A DNA stretch of 64,000 bases from a virus: positions 1 to 64,000 of IMG/VR virus record IMGVR_UViG_3300005253_000015; one strand, written 5' to 3'. A model generated the notes under the pieces. It made no database searches. It saw only the letters and a list, made by a program, of their open reading frames with translations, and was not told where the DNA came from. The position numbers and the translations under genes are program-made. Positions within the stretch are counted from its first letter, which is position 1. Every line of letters begins with the position of its first letter. Of the stretch, positions 42,600-53,400 are shown in pieces.

Positions 42600-43166
42600 A
42601 TGGCAAGATTACCCAGCGTAAGTTTGAAGGGATTTGGAAGATGGATTAAACAACCAGCAGTTGCAGGTCAAGGCTTAGCTCAGATTCCTAAGTTCGCAAT
42701 TGGCTTAGCCAGTACAGAATTAGGAAATAAAGTCTATAATACTCTTATAGGCATAGTTGGAAATATTATAAATGAGAATACAAAAAAGAGTGCCCTGCTA
42801 CGTTCTTTATTCACAAATATGATGTTTACGGTTGCTGACCCTACTGCTAATCAAATTAGAGAGTTAAGTAGAAATGTTCAAGATTTAATGGGTGGATTGA
42901 AACTGAAAAGTTATTCAACTGCCTTCGGTGCTTTAAATGAAGACCCACAAGAGATAGTTAGTGCGATTCGCTCAGCAATACCTAAGTTTAGTGGGTTTAA
43001 AGGTTTTAAAATTCCTTCATTAAAGAAATTCAAAAATATTTCTATTGGTCGTACTGATGCTATTTCAGAAGTCACATCAGATTTAGTCACTAAATTCACT
43101 GGTGGATTTGACGGGGGAATGTCTTATGGAGACCCTCTATCTGAAGATGATTTAGTTGAATATTAG
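42600..43166 (+). CDS. putative virion/membrane-associated protein
   Basis: Amphipathic and Gly/Ala-rich; lies upstream of the capsid-like genes. Confidence 0.4.
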   Translation: MARLPSVSLKGFGRWIKQPAVAGQGLAQIPKFAIGLASTELGNKVYNTLIGIVGNIINENTKKSALLRSLFTNMMFTVADPTANQIRELSRNVQDLMGGLKLKSYSTAFGALNEDPQEIVSAIRSAIPKFSGFKGFKIPSLKKFKNISIGRTDAISEVTSDLVTKFTGGFDGGMSYGDPLSEDDLVEY

Positions 43167-43225
43167 ACTCTCAATCCAAAATAATTAAATTTTTTTAAAT
43201 TCATTTTCCTACATTTTAGAATATA

Positions 43226-43550
43226 TCTGAAGTCTCAGTTTTTTTAAGGATTAGTTCTCCTTCTTTGTTTAAACACCACATAACTAAGTCTCCGTCTTTA
43301 AATCCTATTCTTGATAAAATTTTTTTACCAATAAAAACTTTTGATTGTGTTATTTTTGTTGTTTTTAAAACTTCAGTAATCATATTTATATTATTTTTTT
43401 ATATCTTAATAAACTTTAGTGTAGATACGTACTGGCAGTACAATATAATACAACTCTTTACTGAAGCCTTATATATGGATTATTCTAAATAATATCTAAC
43501 TTAAAAAAAAAAATATAAGTATAGGTTATAAAGGACTGATGGATTTCAGA
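43226..43550 (+). ncRNA. candidate structured RNA upstream of the capsid-like operon
   Basis: 43226-43244 pairs with 43530-43550 (G-U pairs on +); 43371-43379 pairs with 43458-43466; internal hairpins. Confidence 0.4.
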
Positions 43551-43587
43551 CTACCTATTAAATATATATAAAAAAGGCTCGATAAAA

Positions 43588-44172
43588 ATGTTAGGAAATT
43601 TAATTTTCGAAGCTCCTCATATTTGGAAACTTATTAGACACCAATTGATTGGAAACGGTGGAAAACCAGATGAACTTGGAAATGCTGTTGGTGGATTCGT
43701 TCGAAAGACCGAAGTTAAACATAATGCACAGCAAGGCTCTTACTGGTATCGATTTTTTAAAGCTGATGACCCTATGATTAACGGTGGTACTGTTAAAACT
43801 TATGATGCTACTTTAACTACAGTAACCGAAGAGAATATCTTGGCTACTGGAAATGTTGTTACAGTTCCTACTGGAGAGGCTATGGCTTCTTTTGGATGGA
43901 TTGATTTAGTTGATTTAGGAAGACTTGGATACTTACATGTTAAAAAAGAGGGTGTGCTTAAAAGTGAACTACCTGCAAGGGTAGCATATAGACAGCAAAA
44001 TCCTACTGGTTATTATGTAGACTTAGACACAGTTATGTTTGGTGAGGAAAATGCCAAAGTAGATTTCGTTATCTATAATGGTAATGCATTTGATGTTACT
44101 GATATTTGTATTCCTATCATGTTTAGAATTGCTTCAAGGGCAGCTCTAAACTTAGAAAAGCCATTTTATTAG
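43588..44172 (+). CDS. putative capsid protein 1 (beta-rich, possibly single jelly-roll)
   Basis: Paralog of the next gene (GSYWYRF..DP...EENI...FGW...GYL.V.K.GV.KS...MFRIAS..ALNLE); T-ending codon bias; fold is inferred. Confidence 0.5.
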   Translation: MLGNLIFEAPHIWKLIRHQLIGNGGKPDELGNAVGGFVRKTEVKHNAQQGSYWYRFFKADDPMINGGTVKTYDATLTTVTEENILATGNVVTVPTGEAMASFGWIDLVDLGRLGYLHVKKEGVLKSELPARVAYRQQNPTGYYVDLDTVMFGEENAKVDFVIYNGNAFDVTDICIPIMFRIASRAALNLEKPFY

Positions 44173-44185
44173 AGGTTGATTAATT

Positions 44186-44713
44186 ATGTTGGCAATGTTA
44201 ATTAATAAATACCCAGAAATAATGAATATTATCAAACGTAGGCTAAAAATATATGTTGCTGAAGCTGAACGTAGGTATAACTCCAGTGCTGGTAGTTATT
44301 GGTATCGGTTCTTACGACCAAATGACCCTGCTATTGGTGGAACTGATAAGGTTTATACCGCTACATATACTAATACTGCTGAAGAGAATATTTTTGCTTC
44401 TGCCGCTACGATTACCGTACCAGTCTCTAATGCTTATGTCATCTTCGGATGGTATAACGATGCTGATTTTGGTGTCGGTGGTTATCTAAAGGTAGAAAAA
44501 CAAGGAGTAGAAAAATCGTTGATTCATGCAAGATTACCTTACCAAAACGCCAATCCTAAATATCTCTATCTTGACTTCGACCATGTAATTGTCGGATGGC
44601 AGCAAGAGATTTTAGACCCAATCGCTTATAATGAATTCGGTGCTGACCAGATTTGTATGTGCTTCCCTTTCATGTTTCGAATTGCAAGTAAATCTGCTCT
44701 GAATTTAGAGTAG
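44186..44713 (+). CDS. putative capsid protein 2 (paralog of 43588..44172)
   Basis: Same motif series; GAGGT RBS. Confidence 0.5.
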   Translation: MLAMLINKYPEIMNIIKRRLKIYVAEAERRYNSSAGSYWYRFLRPNDPAIGGTDKVYTATYTNTAEENIFASAATITVPVSNAYVIFGWYNDADFGVGGYLKVEKQGVEKSLIHARLPYQNANPKYLYLDFDHVIVGWQQEILDPIAYNEFGADQICMCFPFMFRIASKSALNLE

Positions 44714-44742
44714 AAATACTCACTATTTTAAGGTGATTAAAT

Positions 44743-45102
44743 ATGGCAACTGCTATGACGGTCTATGACCAAGATGAGGTTGCGGGACATAATTTGGTAG
44801 TAGCTATAAGCTTTACTTCTGGTGGAGTAGCTAATACACTTACTATTCCCGCTGGACATCCCGACTTTGATTTACGACACGCACATCCCTTAATTGGTGC
44901 TCTGGCACTGTTAAATGAAGCTAATACTGACCAATCTGAATCCTCTCTTATGAACTGTGCTAAAGAGATGAAACGTGCTGTAGCTGCTGATTCTGCTGGT
45001 GAAATGAGTATTATGAGTGCTACTACAGTAAGTCTATATACAATTGATAAAGATGGAATTGCGTTAGTATCTTATAGAGCTGGTGGAGCAAGGCGTTACT
45101 AA
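44743..45102 (+). CDS. putative virion protein, paralog 1 of 3
   Basis: TVYD..E..GH...SGG...TI.AG.P..DL..AHP; AAGGTGATTAAA RBS. Confidence 0.55.
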   Translation: MATAMTVYDQDEVAGHNLVVAISFTSGGVANTLTIPAGHPDFDLRHAHPLIGALALLNEANTDQSESSLMNCAKEMKRAVAADSAGEMSIMSATTVSLYTIDKDGIALVSYRAGGARRY

Positions 45103-45113
45103 GGTGATTAAAA

Positions 45114-45485
45114 ATGGCTGACCCAATTACTGTTTATGACCAACGACAAGAAGGGCATATAGTTACTATCTTCTTGGATTTCACGTCTGGTGGAGCTACT
45201 ACTGCGGTAGAGCTTACTATTACTGCTGGATATCCAAACCTCGACTTAAGCAAAGCACATCCCATAATTAGTGGGGCTCTGTTTGAATTTGAAGGTGATG
45301 TTATAGTTAATTCTCTTGCTATGCTACCCTCTGCTGAGGTTTCTCGAAGTGATGCTACAGCTCCCGATACTGCTGGTGAATATCAGATAACTGCTGCTAA
45401 TACTTTTAAATATTGTAATGGTGCTGGTAATGCTGATGGTATTATTGCTATCTGTTACTGGGCTGCTGGGAACAAAAACGTATAA
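45114..45485 (+). CDS. putative virion protein, paralog 2 of 3
   Basis: Same motif; AAGGTGATTAAA RBS. Confidence 0.55.
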   Translation: MADPITVYDQRQEGHIVTIFLDFTSGGATTAVELTITAGYPNLDLSKAHPIISGALFEFEGDVIVNSLAMLPSAEVSRSDATAPDTAGEYQITAANTFKYCNGAGNADGIIAICYWAAGNKNV

Positions 45486-45496
45486 GGTGATTAAAA

Positions 45497-45868
45497 ATGG
45501 TCGCAACTCCTATAACCGTATATGATAGAGAAGAATGTGCTGGACATATTGTTACTATTTTTCAGTTAGTAAGTTCTACAGGAGCTACTAAGGCAGAGAC
45601 GATTACTCTTAATGCTGGTTATCCTGCTATAGATTTAACTAAAGCTCATCCAATTCTTAGTATTCTTTGGTATAATATTGAAGCTAGTGATTCCAGTGCT
45701 ACTGAAGAAGAATCCAATGCCGATGACGAAATAGCAAGGGGTACTGCTCCTACTGCTTCTGGAGACTTCGATATTGAAGGGTATATGTCATTCAAACTAT
45801 ATCTGACTGCTGATGTAAATGGGCTTGTAATGGTTTCATACTGGGCTGCTGGAAGTAAGCAAGTATAG
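45497..45868 (+). CDS. putative virion protein, paralog 3 of 3
   Basis: Same motif; AAGGTGATTAAA RBS; T-rich terminator follows (45901-45923). Confidence 0.55.
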   Translation: MVATPITVYDREECAGHIVTIFQLVSSTGATKAETITLNAGYPAIDLTKAHPILSILWYNIEASDSSATEEESNADDEIARGTAPTASGDFDIEGYMSFKLYLTADVNGLVMVSYWAAGSKQV

Positions 45869-45960
45869 TTTAGCACTATCAAAAAAAACTTAGTTTTAAC
45901 TTTCTTTTTTTTATTTATTTTTTCTAAAAGTTTATTAAATTCATATGTCATTTCTTATTT

Positions 45961-46479
45961 ATGGCTAAACTCTACCATTCAAAAGATTATCTAATTAATG
46001 AATATATAAACAATAATAAAGAGATACAAGAGATAGCAAGAGAGAATGGTGTTTGTGATAGTACAATCAGTCGTAGAATGGATAAATTAAAAATTCCGAA
46101 GAGAGGACAGAAAAGAGAGAATCATCCTATGTGGAAGGGTGGTAAATATACAGATATGTATGGTTATGTAAAAATAAAGAATTATAATCATCCAAATGTT
46201 GATAGTGGAAATTATATAGGAGAGCATACTTTAATTATGGAAAAATCAATTGGTAGATATCTAAAACATTATGGAAGAAATAATAAAAATAATGAATTAG
46301 TACATCATATAAATGGTATAAAAAATGATAATAGAATCGAAAATCTTTTTTTATGTAATAATATGTCTCATCATAAAAATATTCATTATAATTTAGAAAA
46401 AGTAGCTTTAAAGTTATATATGGAAGGTAAAATAAAATTTAAGGAAGGAGATTATAAAATTGGTAAAATTGGACTATAA
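45961..46479 (+). CDS. HNH homing endonuclease
   Basis: HP.WKGG...YIGEHTLIME...VHHINGIKNDNRIENL. Confidence 0.85.
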   Translation: MAKLYHSKDYLINEYINNNKEIQEIARENGVCDSTISRRMDKLKIPKRGQKRENHPMWKGGKYTDMYGYVKIKNYNHPNVDSGNYIGEHTLIMEKSIGRYLKHYGRNNKNNELVHHINGIKNDNRIENLFLCNNMSHHKNIHYNLEKVALKLYMEGKIKFKEGDYKIGKIGL

Positions 46480-46882
46480 TAGGTGTCTTGTTTGTGAATG
46501 CAGAGGTTTATGTTGTTATTTTTCAACTTTAATAGATGGCAAACATAATATAATTTTAGACGACCATCCATGTACTTTTTTGAATATTGATACTGGTTTA
46601 TGCAAACAATACAAAAATAGAAAGGAAGTATTCGAGAATTGTATAAGTGTCGAAGATGCTAAAAAGATAGGGGGTCTACCAGAAGGCTGTCTTCATTTAA
46701 AGAAAGATGGGATATATCCTTATCCACCAAAACGGAAATTAAGGGAAGATGATAATGAACGAATTAAAGTACGAACTGCGTTTGTAAATGCGATGTCTCA
46801 TAAAAACTTCCAAGAATATATACCCGATTTTATGAAACCATTATCAGACGAACTAAAAAAAATACCAGAAAAAGATATATAA
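46460..46882 (+). CDS. YkgJ-like Cys-cluster protein
   Basis: C..C.C.G.CC...C.FL....GLC..Y..R....C. Confidence 0.65.
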   Translation: MVKLDYNRCLVCECRGLCCYFSTLIDGKHNIILDDHPCTFLNIDTGLCKQYKNRKEVFENCISVEDAKKIGGLPEGCLHLKKDGIYPYPPKRKLREDDNERIKVRTAFVNAMSHKNFQEYIPDFMKPLSDELKKIPEKDI

Positions 46883-47165
46883 TTTAACCTTATCTTCTAA
46901 GCTTATTTAGCATCCTTTAATTTATCTCTAAATTTATCTAAAAGCCTACTTGTATGAGTTCGCTTACTTTCATCCTTGATTTCACGCCAGTGAATATCGT
47001 ATTTCCGCTGTAAATCCTCTATAAATATTTTATGGAAGCGAAACTTATCTATACCAATACATAATTCTTTATCATTCTTAATTATGCATAATTCTATTGG
47101 TAAATCCTCTTCATTATAAACAACCTTCCTTTCAGCCATCATAATTCTATATTATTTTGGGTATT

Positions 47166-48380
47166 CTATATCACTTCGATATTAATCCATATATCGGCAT
47201 CATTACCACCAGTCTCAGACTTAACAGAACATTCAATAGCAGTACCCTGAGACACTAAATATCTTTCATTAAAAAGGATTCTATTAGACCTATTAGCAGC
47301 AGCTTCTAATATACCATCCCAGAAATATGTAGTACCACCATCCTTAGTCAGTCTGATACCCCACTTTTCTAATGTATCAAACTCAAATACTACTCCAGTA
47401 ACATAAAAAGGTTTAGTGGCGGCAGCAACATTCCTTATTTCTACATCAGCAACAGTCCAATTATTAGCACCCGCAGCCGCAGTGACTACCACCCCAGTTA
47501 AATCGGCTGGAGCAAGTGTAGCATTTAGAGAATCAGCATTAATATCAAAAAGCTCAGTTGAAGTACCATTATCATCAATATTAGCAGTACAACCGTAAAG
47601 ATATATATGAAAAAAGGCGTTCCCAGTCGAACCAGCATTATCAATCTGTATTCCCATAACACAATCGTCTATTTCAAATATCTCAAAATGGTTGTCATCA
47701 TCATCTGCATTGTCTAAATGAATACCAATTAAACAATCGTCAACCTCATTATCCTTAAATAATCCATCAGTACAATCATCCAAATGTATTCCCGTAGTAT
47801 TGGTAACAACTCCATGAAAAAAGCAATCCCTAATCTTAGGATACTTAACACCACCATCCAACATTAACAAATCCATAGCTCCAGTGGCAGTATCACCTTC
47901 AAAATGGACATTCTCAGCCTCAAATCCGTTAGCCCCAGTTCCATTGACTAAAATACCATCAATAGAAGTAGCTCCAACATCAATTTTAAGATTACTTAAA
48001 ATTGCACTACCAGTAAATTTTAAAATACAAGTAGCCCCACTATTACTATTAGTTATGGTTGTTAAGTTTCTACCCATACCCACAATAGCAATATTTTCAT
48101 CATAGGTCGGATTTCCAGTAGTGTCAATATCGAAAGAGCCCACACCAGTTACTATCAAATGAAACTGTCCAGATGATTGATTTGAAGCAATCCAATCGAG
48201 AGCTGTAGTTAATGATGTGTATGCTTTAATCCAGCTACTTCCATCAGAATTATCTCCAGCACTTGATACAAAAAGAGTATCCTCAAAACCAAGAGCTTTA
48301 GCTAATGATTTGAGGAGGTTAATAACTTTAATATCTACAGTTTCCCCTAGCATCACATTCTTTAAGCCCATTAATGACAT
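47166..48380 (-). CDS. pectin-lyase-like beta-helix virion protein
   Basis: G.NSDGSSW..AY..L..A N terminus; GIHLD repeats. Confidence 0.7.
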   Translation of the reverse strand: MSLMGLKNVMLGETVDIKVINLLKSLAKALGFEDTLFVSSAGDNSDGSSWIKAYTSLTTALDWIASNQSSGQFHLIVTGVGSFDIDTTGNPTYDENIAIVGMGRNLTTITNSNSGATCILKFTGSAILSNLKIDVGATSIDGILVNGTGANGFEAENVHFEGDTATGAMDLLMLDGGVKYPKIRDCFFHGVVTNTTGIHLDDCTDGLFKDNEVDDCLIGIHLDNADDDDNHFEIFEIDDCVMGIQIDNAGSTGNAFFHIYLYGCTANIDDNGTSTELFDINADSLNATLAPADLTGVVVTAAAGANNWTVADVEIRNVAAATKPFYVTGVVFEFDTLEKWGIRLTKDGGTTYFWDGILEAAANRSNRILFNERYLVSQGTAIECSVKSETGGNDADIWINIEVI

Positions 48381-48579
48381 TATTTAGTCTCCCTTTATTA
48401 TAATTCTTTTAGTAATTTTTCATATTTTTCTTTATATTCTAAATATTTCTGATGATGTTTTTCTGTCACTTTACAAGCAGCTTCAATATGATGATATTGA
48501 CAATCGTGAAAAGCCATACGTTCTTCTATTTTAAAGATTAAAGTCGAAAATAAAGTATCAAAGACTTTCTTGATTTCAC

Positions 48580-49068
48580 TCATTTTGTCTCCCTTCCCTC
48601 TCTTAATGTATATTTACATAGAGCTACTGTTAATGTAGTGGCTGTACCACCAGTTAATTCAATTACAAAACCTTTCTTAAAGTATAAATTTCTAATACTA
48701 AAAACAAAAAACGCTCCACTTGGAAAAGCAGATAAATTATCTAACCAATCATCATAGGTTTGAAACCATGAGAATAGTTCATTAAATAATTCAGTATCAT
48801 CAATAATAATTCTAATTCTATAATCAGACTGGTCATTATATATAAATATCTGGTCTATTAAACCATTTCCACCAACGGACAGAAACTTATAGTAAGTATT
48901 AGCCCCTATACTATGTGATTTGTCTAATTCTGTTTTTGTGGTAAAATCGTGCCTTTCAGAAGTTGTTATAGCTCTACCATCAGTCAATAAGTCTAATATC
49001 GTCTTATTCTGTTTCTGAAACTCAGAATTGAGATACATTTGTAAATTTGCTTTCTTATCTTGAGACAT
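48580..49068 (-). CDS. beta-sandwich protein, paralog of 49410..50099 and 60660..61178
   Basis: GG.GLI.QI....DY...I..D...LF...S.F...SIR.L.F. Confidence 0.55.
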   Translation of the reverse strand: MSQDKKANLQMYLNSEFQKQNKTILDLLTDGRAITTSERHDFTTKTELDKSHSIGANTYYKFLSVGGNGLIDQIFIYNDQSDYRIRIIIDDTELFNELFSWFQTYDDWLDNLSAFPSGAFFVFSIRNLYFKKGFVIELTGGTATTLTVALCKYTLREGRETK

Positions 49069-49186
49069 TATAATTTATTATTCATTTCTAATTATATAAA
49101 TTTTTATTTGTTCCTTAAATTTTATAAAACTAAAGTACATAAATATACATATAGATTTATATAATTAATATTATTGAGGTTATATA

Positions 49187-49387
49187 ATGCCAAGTGAAGA
49201 AAAACTAGCTCTTATTAATGATATAAAAAGGATGATGAGTGTTAATACTCAGAGAAGGTCAAGCTACGATTCACTTGGCACTCATAAGCTTTTAGACAAG
49301 TTATTTATGCGATTGGGTTTAGTTATTATAATTGGCTTACTTGGATATCTTGCTATAAGAGATTCTAATCGAAATAAGAAATGTTAG
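49187..49387 (+). CDS. small single-TM protein
   Basis: Hydrophobic C-terminal helix; counterpart of 60429..60653. Confidence 0.5.
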   Translation: MPSEEKLALINDIKRMMSVNTQRRSSYDSLGTHKLLDKLFMRLGLVIIIGLLGYLAIRDSNRNKKC

Positions 49388-49409
49388 ATGTGATAAGTGG
49401 GGATTATGA

Positions 49410-50099
49410 ATGAATTCGGTTGACTTTAGTAAATATTCGCTTGAAGAGTTAAAGAATTTAAAAAATAACCTAGAAAAGAAACCTAAACCTAATTTTGCTC
49501 CAAAATTAAATATTATAGATAAATTTACTAATATTGATGAGTTATTAATAGAAACTATTAGAGCTCTAAAAGATTTGACTCAAGACCAGAGGGAGACTAA
49601 TCGCCAATTACAAATATCAAATAAACTTTTACTTGGTCTCTTAATTGAAGAAGCTGCTGATGGTACTATTAGTTTGAGGGGTGAGTCTGGTATTGATACT
49701 GCTGCTATATTAGAGGAAATAGGTGGGGGGGGAGCAGTAATTACTCGAAAAATTGATTTAGCTAATACAACTGTAGAGGGGAATAAAATAATTTTTCAAG
49801 CTGAGTTTGAGGGTGGCTTAGCTGAAGTATTATTTACAAGTTCAACATCAACTACAGATAATAAGGATTATTCTGTTAGAGTTTTAGGTGATGATGAAAT
49901 AGCATATCAAGGTACATTTGCTGAATTTGAAGCTCGTGGTGGTACAGAAACTGATATGGCTTGTTTTGAAGATGAGATTAATAATTGGTATCTTTTGCAA
50001 TTCCAAAATGTGAATTTTGCTAATAAAATTTTAATAGAGGTTTATGATTCTTCAGCTACATTTTTAAGAATTTATGTAAAATACCATAAATCTACTTGA
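49410..50099 (+). CDS. coiled-coil plus beta-sandwich putative virion protein
   Basis: C-terminal domain shared with the 48580 and 60660 ORFs. Confidence 0.55.
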   Translation: MNSVDFSKYSLEELKNLKNNLEKKPKPNFAPKLNIIDKFTNIDELLIETIRALKDLTQDQRETNRQLQISNKLLLGLLIEEAADGTISLRGESGIDTAAILEEIGGGGAVITRKIDLANTTVEGNKIIFQAEFEGGLAEVLFTSSTSTTDNKDYSVRVLGDDEIAYQGTFAEFEARGGTETDMACFEDEINNWYLLQFQNVNFANKILIEVYDSSATFLRIYVKYHKST

Positions 50100-50153
50100 G
50101 ATTTAAAATAATAAATAGATAATATTGTAATATATATAATAAACATTTAAAAA

Positions 50154-50402
50154 ATGGGAAATATCAAAAAGTTTAAAATCATTACCGATTTGGTAGGCTA
50201 CACTGTTGGGGCTATATCATCATTGTGGATGGGAATATTGGTTCATCACTTCTTTAGATATGGTGGTGTAATATTCTATGAAGAGAGTAGGGCTATCACT
50301 ATCATAGAAGGTATAGCAGCTGCTTTTGGTGTATCATATTTTGGCTATAAGATTGCGAAAATGATGACTAAAAAGGAAATAGATAAATATATTAGAGAAT
50401 AG
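50154..50402 (+). CDS. two-TM membrane protein
   Basis: Two hydrophobic helices. Confidence 0.5.
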   Translation: MGNIKKFKIITDLVGYTVGAISSLWMGILVHHFFRYGGVIFYEESRAITIIEGIAAAFGVSYFGYKIAKMMTKKEIDKYIRE

Positions 50403-50405
50403 GAA

Positions 50406-53400
50406 ATGGCTGGTAAAGGTTCAAAACAACTTGTTCGGGAACTCATTAATTTCTATAAGGTAAATAGAGGTGGATATCCATACGAGATTATTTATAAATT
50501 AATCCAACTCTATCAAGTAATAGAAGATGTATACTCCGTCTCCACTGTGATAGAACTCCAAGAAGCTATTGATAATATAGGAACTGATGCTGGTACTATT
50601 TTTATAGCTTCTGGAACTTATGATGTCACTACAACAATAGATATTGATAATTGTGGTTCACTTGTTATATATGGGCATGGAGACAATACAATTCTTAAAG
50701 CCGCTGATGGTATTACGATATTTAATATAACATGTGTTGCTTCTTGTCTAATAAAGACATTAAAATTGGATATTACTAACTATACGGGAGATACTCAAGC
50801 CGTTTTAATTAATGAAACTAATAATAATATTGTTGGTTTTGAAGATGTATCTATTCTTGGAGCAGCGGCAAATGGTATAGGCATTGAAGTTCAATCCGAT
50901 AACTGTTATATTGACCAATGTAATATACTACAAATGAAAACGGGCATTTATTTGAATGGAGCTGAGAAAACAAAAATAACTGGAACTCTCTCTGGTCTTC
51001 ATGTTAATTACGGGCTTCATTTAAATCAAGCAGATTTTAGTATTATTACTGGAAATTCTTTTACTGCTAATACTTCTTATGGTATATATATTTATAATAG
51101 TGATTATTGTATTATTTCCAATACTGGATGTACGAGTAATCTTACTGGAATGTATTCGGATATTTCAAATTATAATACAATATCATCATGTTTATCTAAT
51201 AGTAATTCGGAAAATGGTATATTTATAACTCAAGGCAATTATAATACAATATCAAGTAATACATTAAACAACAATGACTCTAATATAGCTGGTAATACTG
51301 CTGGATTATATATCACTAATAACTCTGATTTTAATACTATAACTGCTAACTCTATTAATAATAACAATAATTCTGGTGCTGGTACTGCTTACGGTATCTA
51401 TATTGCTACAGCTGATTGTGATGAGAATGTAGTTGCCTCTAATAATGCTAACGGGAATGATGTAGATTATCAAGACTCTGGAACATCCACAACTGTAATA
51501 TATTATGTTCAAAATAGTGATGAGCTTCAAGACGCAATAGACTCTATTGGTTCTAGTGCTGGGACAATATACATTAATTCTAGCTTTACTGTATCAACTA
51601 CTATTGATATTGATGGTGGTGGAAGCTATCTTATCGAAGGCGAAGGTAGTAATACAGTTTTAACTACTGGTATTGATATAAAATGTTTGAATGTAGACCT
51701 AGCTCGTCAATGTATATTACGGAACTTCAGAATTGACGCTAGTGCGTATACTGCTGCTGGTGTGGCACTGGAAATAATAGATGTTAATGAGAATAATAAT
51801 GATTTAGTTATATTAGATAATGTATCTATTACTGGAGATGGTACTAATGGATACGGAATTGAATTAAATTCTAACAATTGTAGGATTGAAAATTGTGAGA
51901 TAGATAATATAAGTATCGGTATTAATATTTTATCAACTAATAATATAATCTCTGGTAATAATGTTAATAACTGTAATACATATGGGATTCAAATAAGCTC
52001 AGCTAATACTAACAATGTAACAACAAACATCGTAGATAGCAACACAACTGGTATATATTTATCATCATCTGATTATGTTTTAGTAAGTGGGAATTCAGTA
52101 AACACTAATACTGAAAACGGTATAGAGCTCACTGGTAGTGATTATACTAATATTAGTGGGAATTCATGTATAGGGAATGATTCAAGTACAGCAAATCCTC
52201 AAGCTGGAATGTATATAAGCACAGACTCTAACAATAATAGTATTATTGGAAACACTATTATCAATAATAATAATGCTGGTGCTGGAATTGGATACGGAGT
52301 ATATATAGGAACAGCTACTTGTGATGAGAATATAGTTCGCTCTAATAATATTTCTGGAAATGATACACAGTGGGGTGATACTGGTACTAATACTCAAATA
52401 GAATATTTCTGTCTAACTGAGGGTCATATACAAGATGCTGTAGATTCTATAGCTGGTAAGGCTGGTACGATAATTATTGGAGAGGTTACCATTGCTATTA
52501 CAACTGGCATAACTGTAGATAATGCTACCGCAAAGATACGCATTATTGGGAAAGGACAACCATCTATATTACAACCAACTATTGGTATCACAGTATTTAC
52601 ATTTACAAATGCTTATGAGCTTCATTTAGAAGCCTTTTATATAGATATGGATAATTATACAGCAGATACTACAAAAGCAATATTCAATAATGGTGCTAAT
52701 TGTTTAAGACAAACTTACGAAGATATAACATTCGAGGGAACAGCTGATGGGATTGCGATATATAATTCTGGTGATTCTATTACTGTTAATAATTGTTATT
52801 TTAACAATGTATTTAATTGTATATACATTACGGGTTCTGTTGTAGCTTTTAAAATCACTGGTAACGAATTCTGGACTATTAGAGATAGTTCTGTTTATAT
52901 TGATTATGGTGAACAAGGTGTTATTGCCAATAATATAGCTGATGCTACTGGTGGTAAACCCGTTATAGATGTAATTCGAGGTAAATATATATCTATATCA
53001 AATAATCAAATCATTACGGGTGGAAGTACAGCTACTAATGGTTCATCAATACAAATAACTGGTGCTGTTGCCAGTAGTGATATTCAGATAGTAGGTAATA
53101 CCATCAGAAGTACAAATTCAAGTGGCACTACTAATAGTATGGTATACATGAGTGGTACTGTTTCTCGAATAACAATATCTTCTAATGTAATCATTTCCTA
53201 TACTAATAGTGATGATTCTTGGGGTATAATAATAGAGGATGCTACAGTTATAGATTGTACTATCACTGGGAATAGTATTTATGCTTTCGGGGGTATTAAA
53301 GTAGTAAATGCTGATAATATGGTTATCTCTGGGAACAAAATTACTGGTAATACTTCTTTAAAACAATCTGGTATATTATTAGAAGGGTCAATTGGAAATG

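Noticed and set aside
43265-43492. 75-aa ORF in the gap before the capsid-like genes
   Set aside because: It has a TTG start without an RBS and low-complexity AT codons; the region is better explained by RNA structure.
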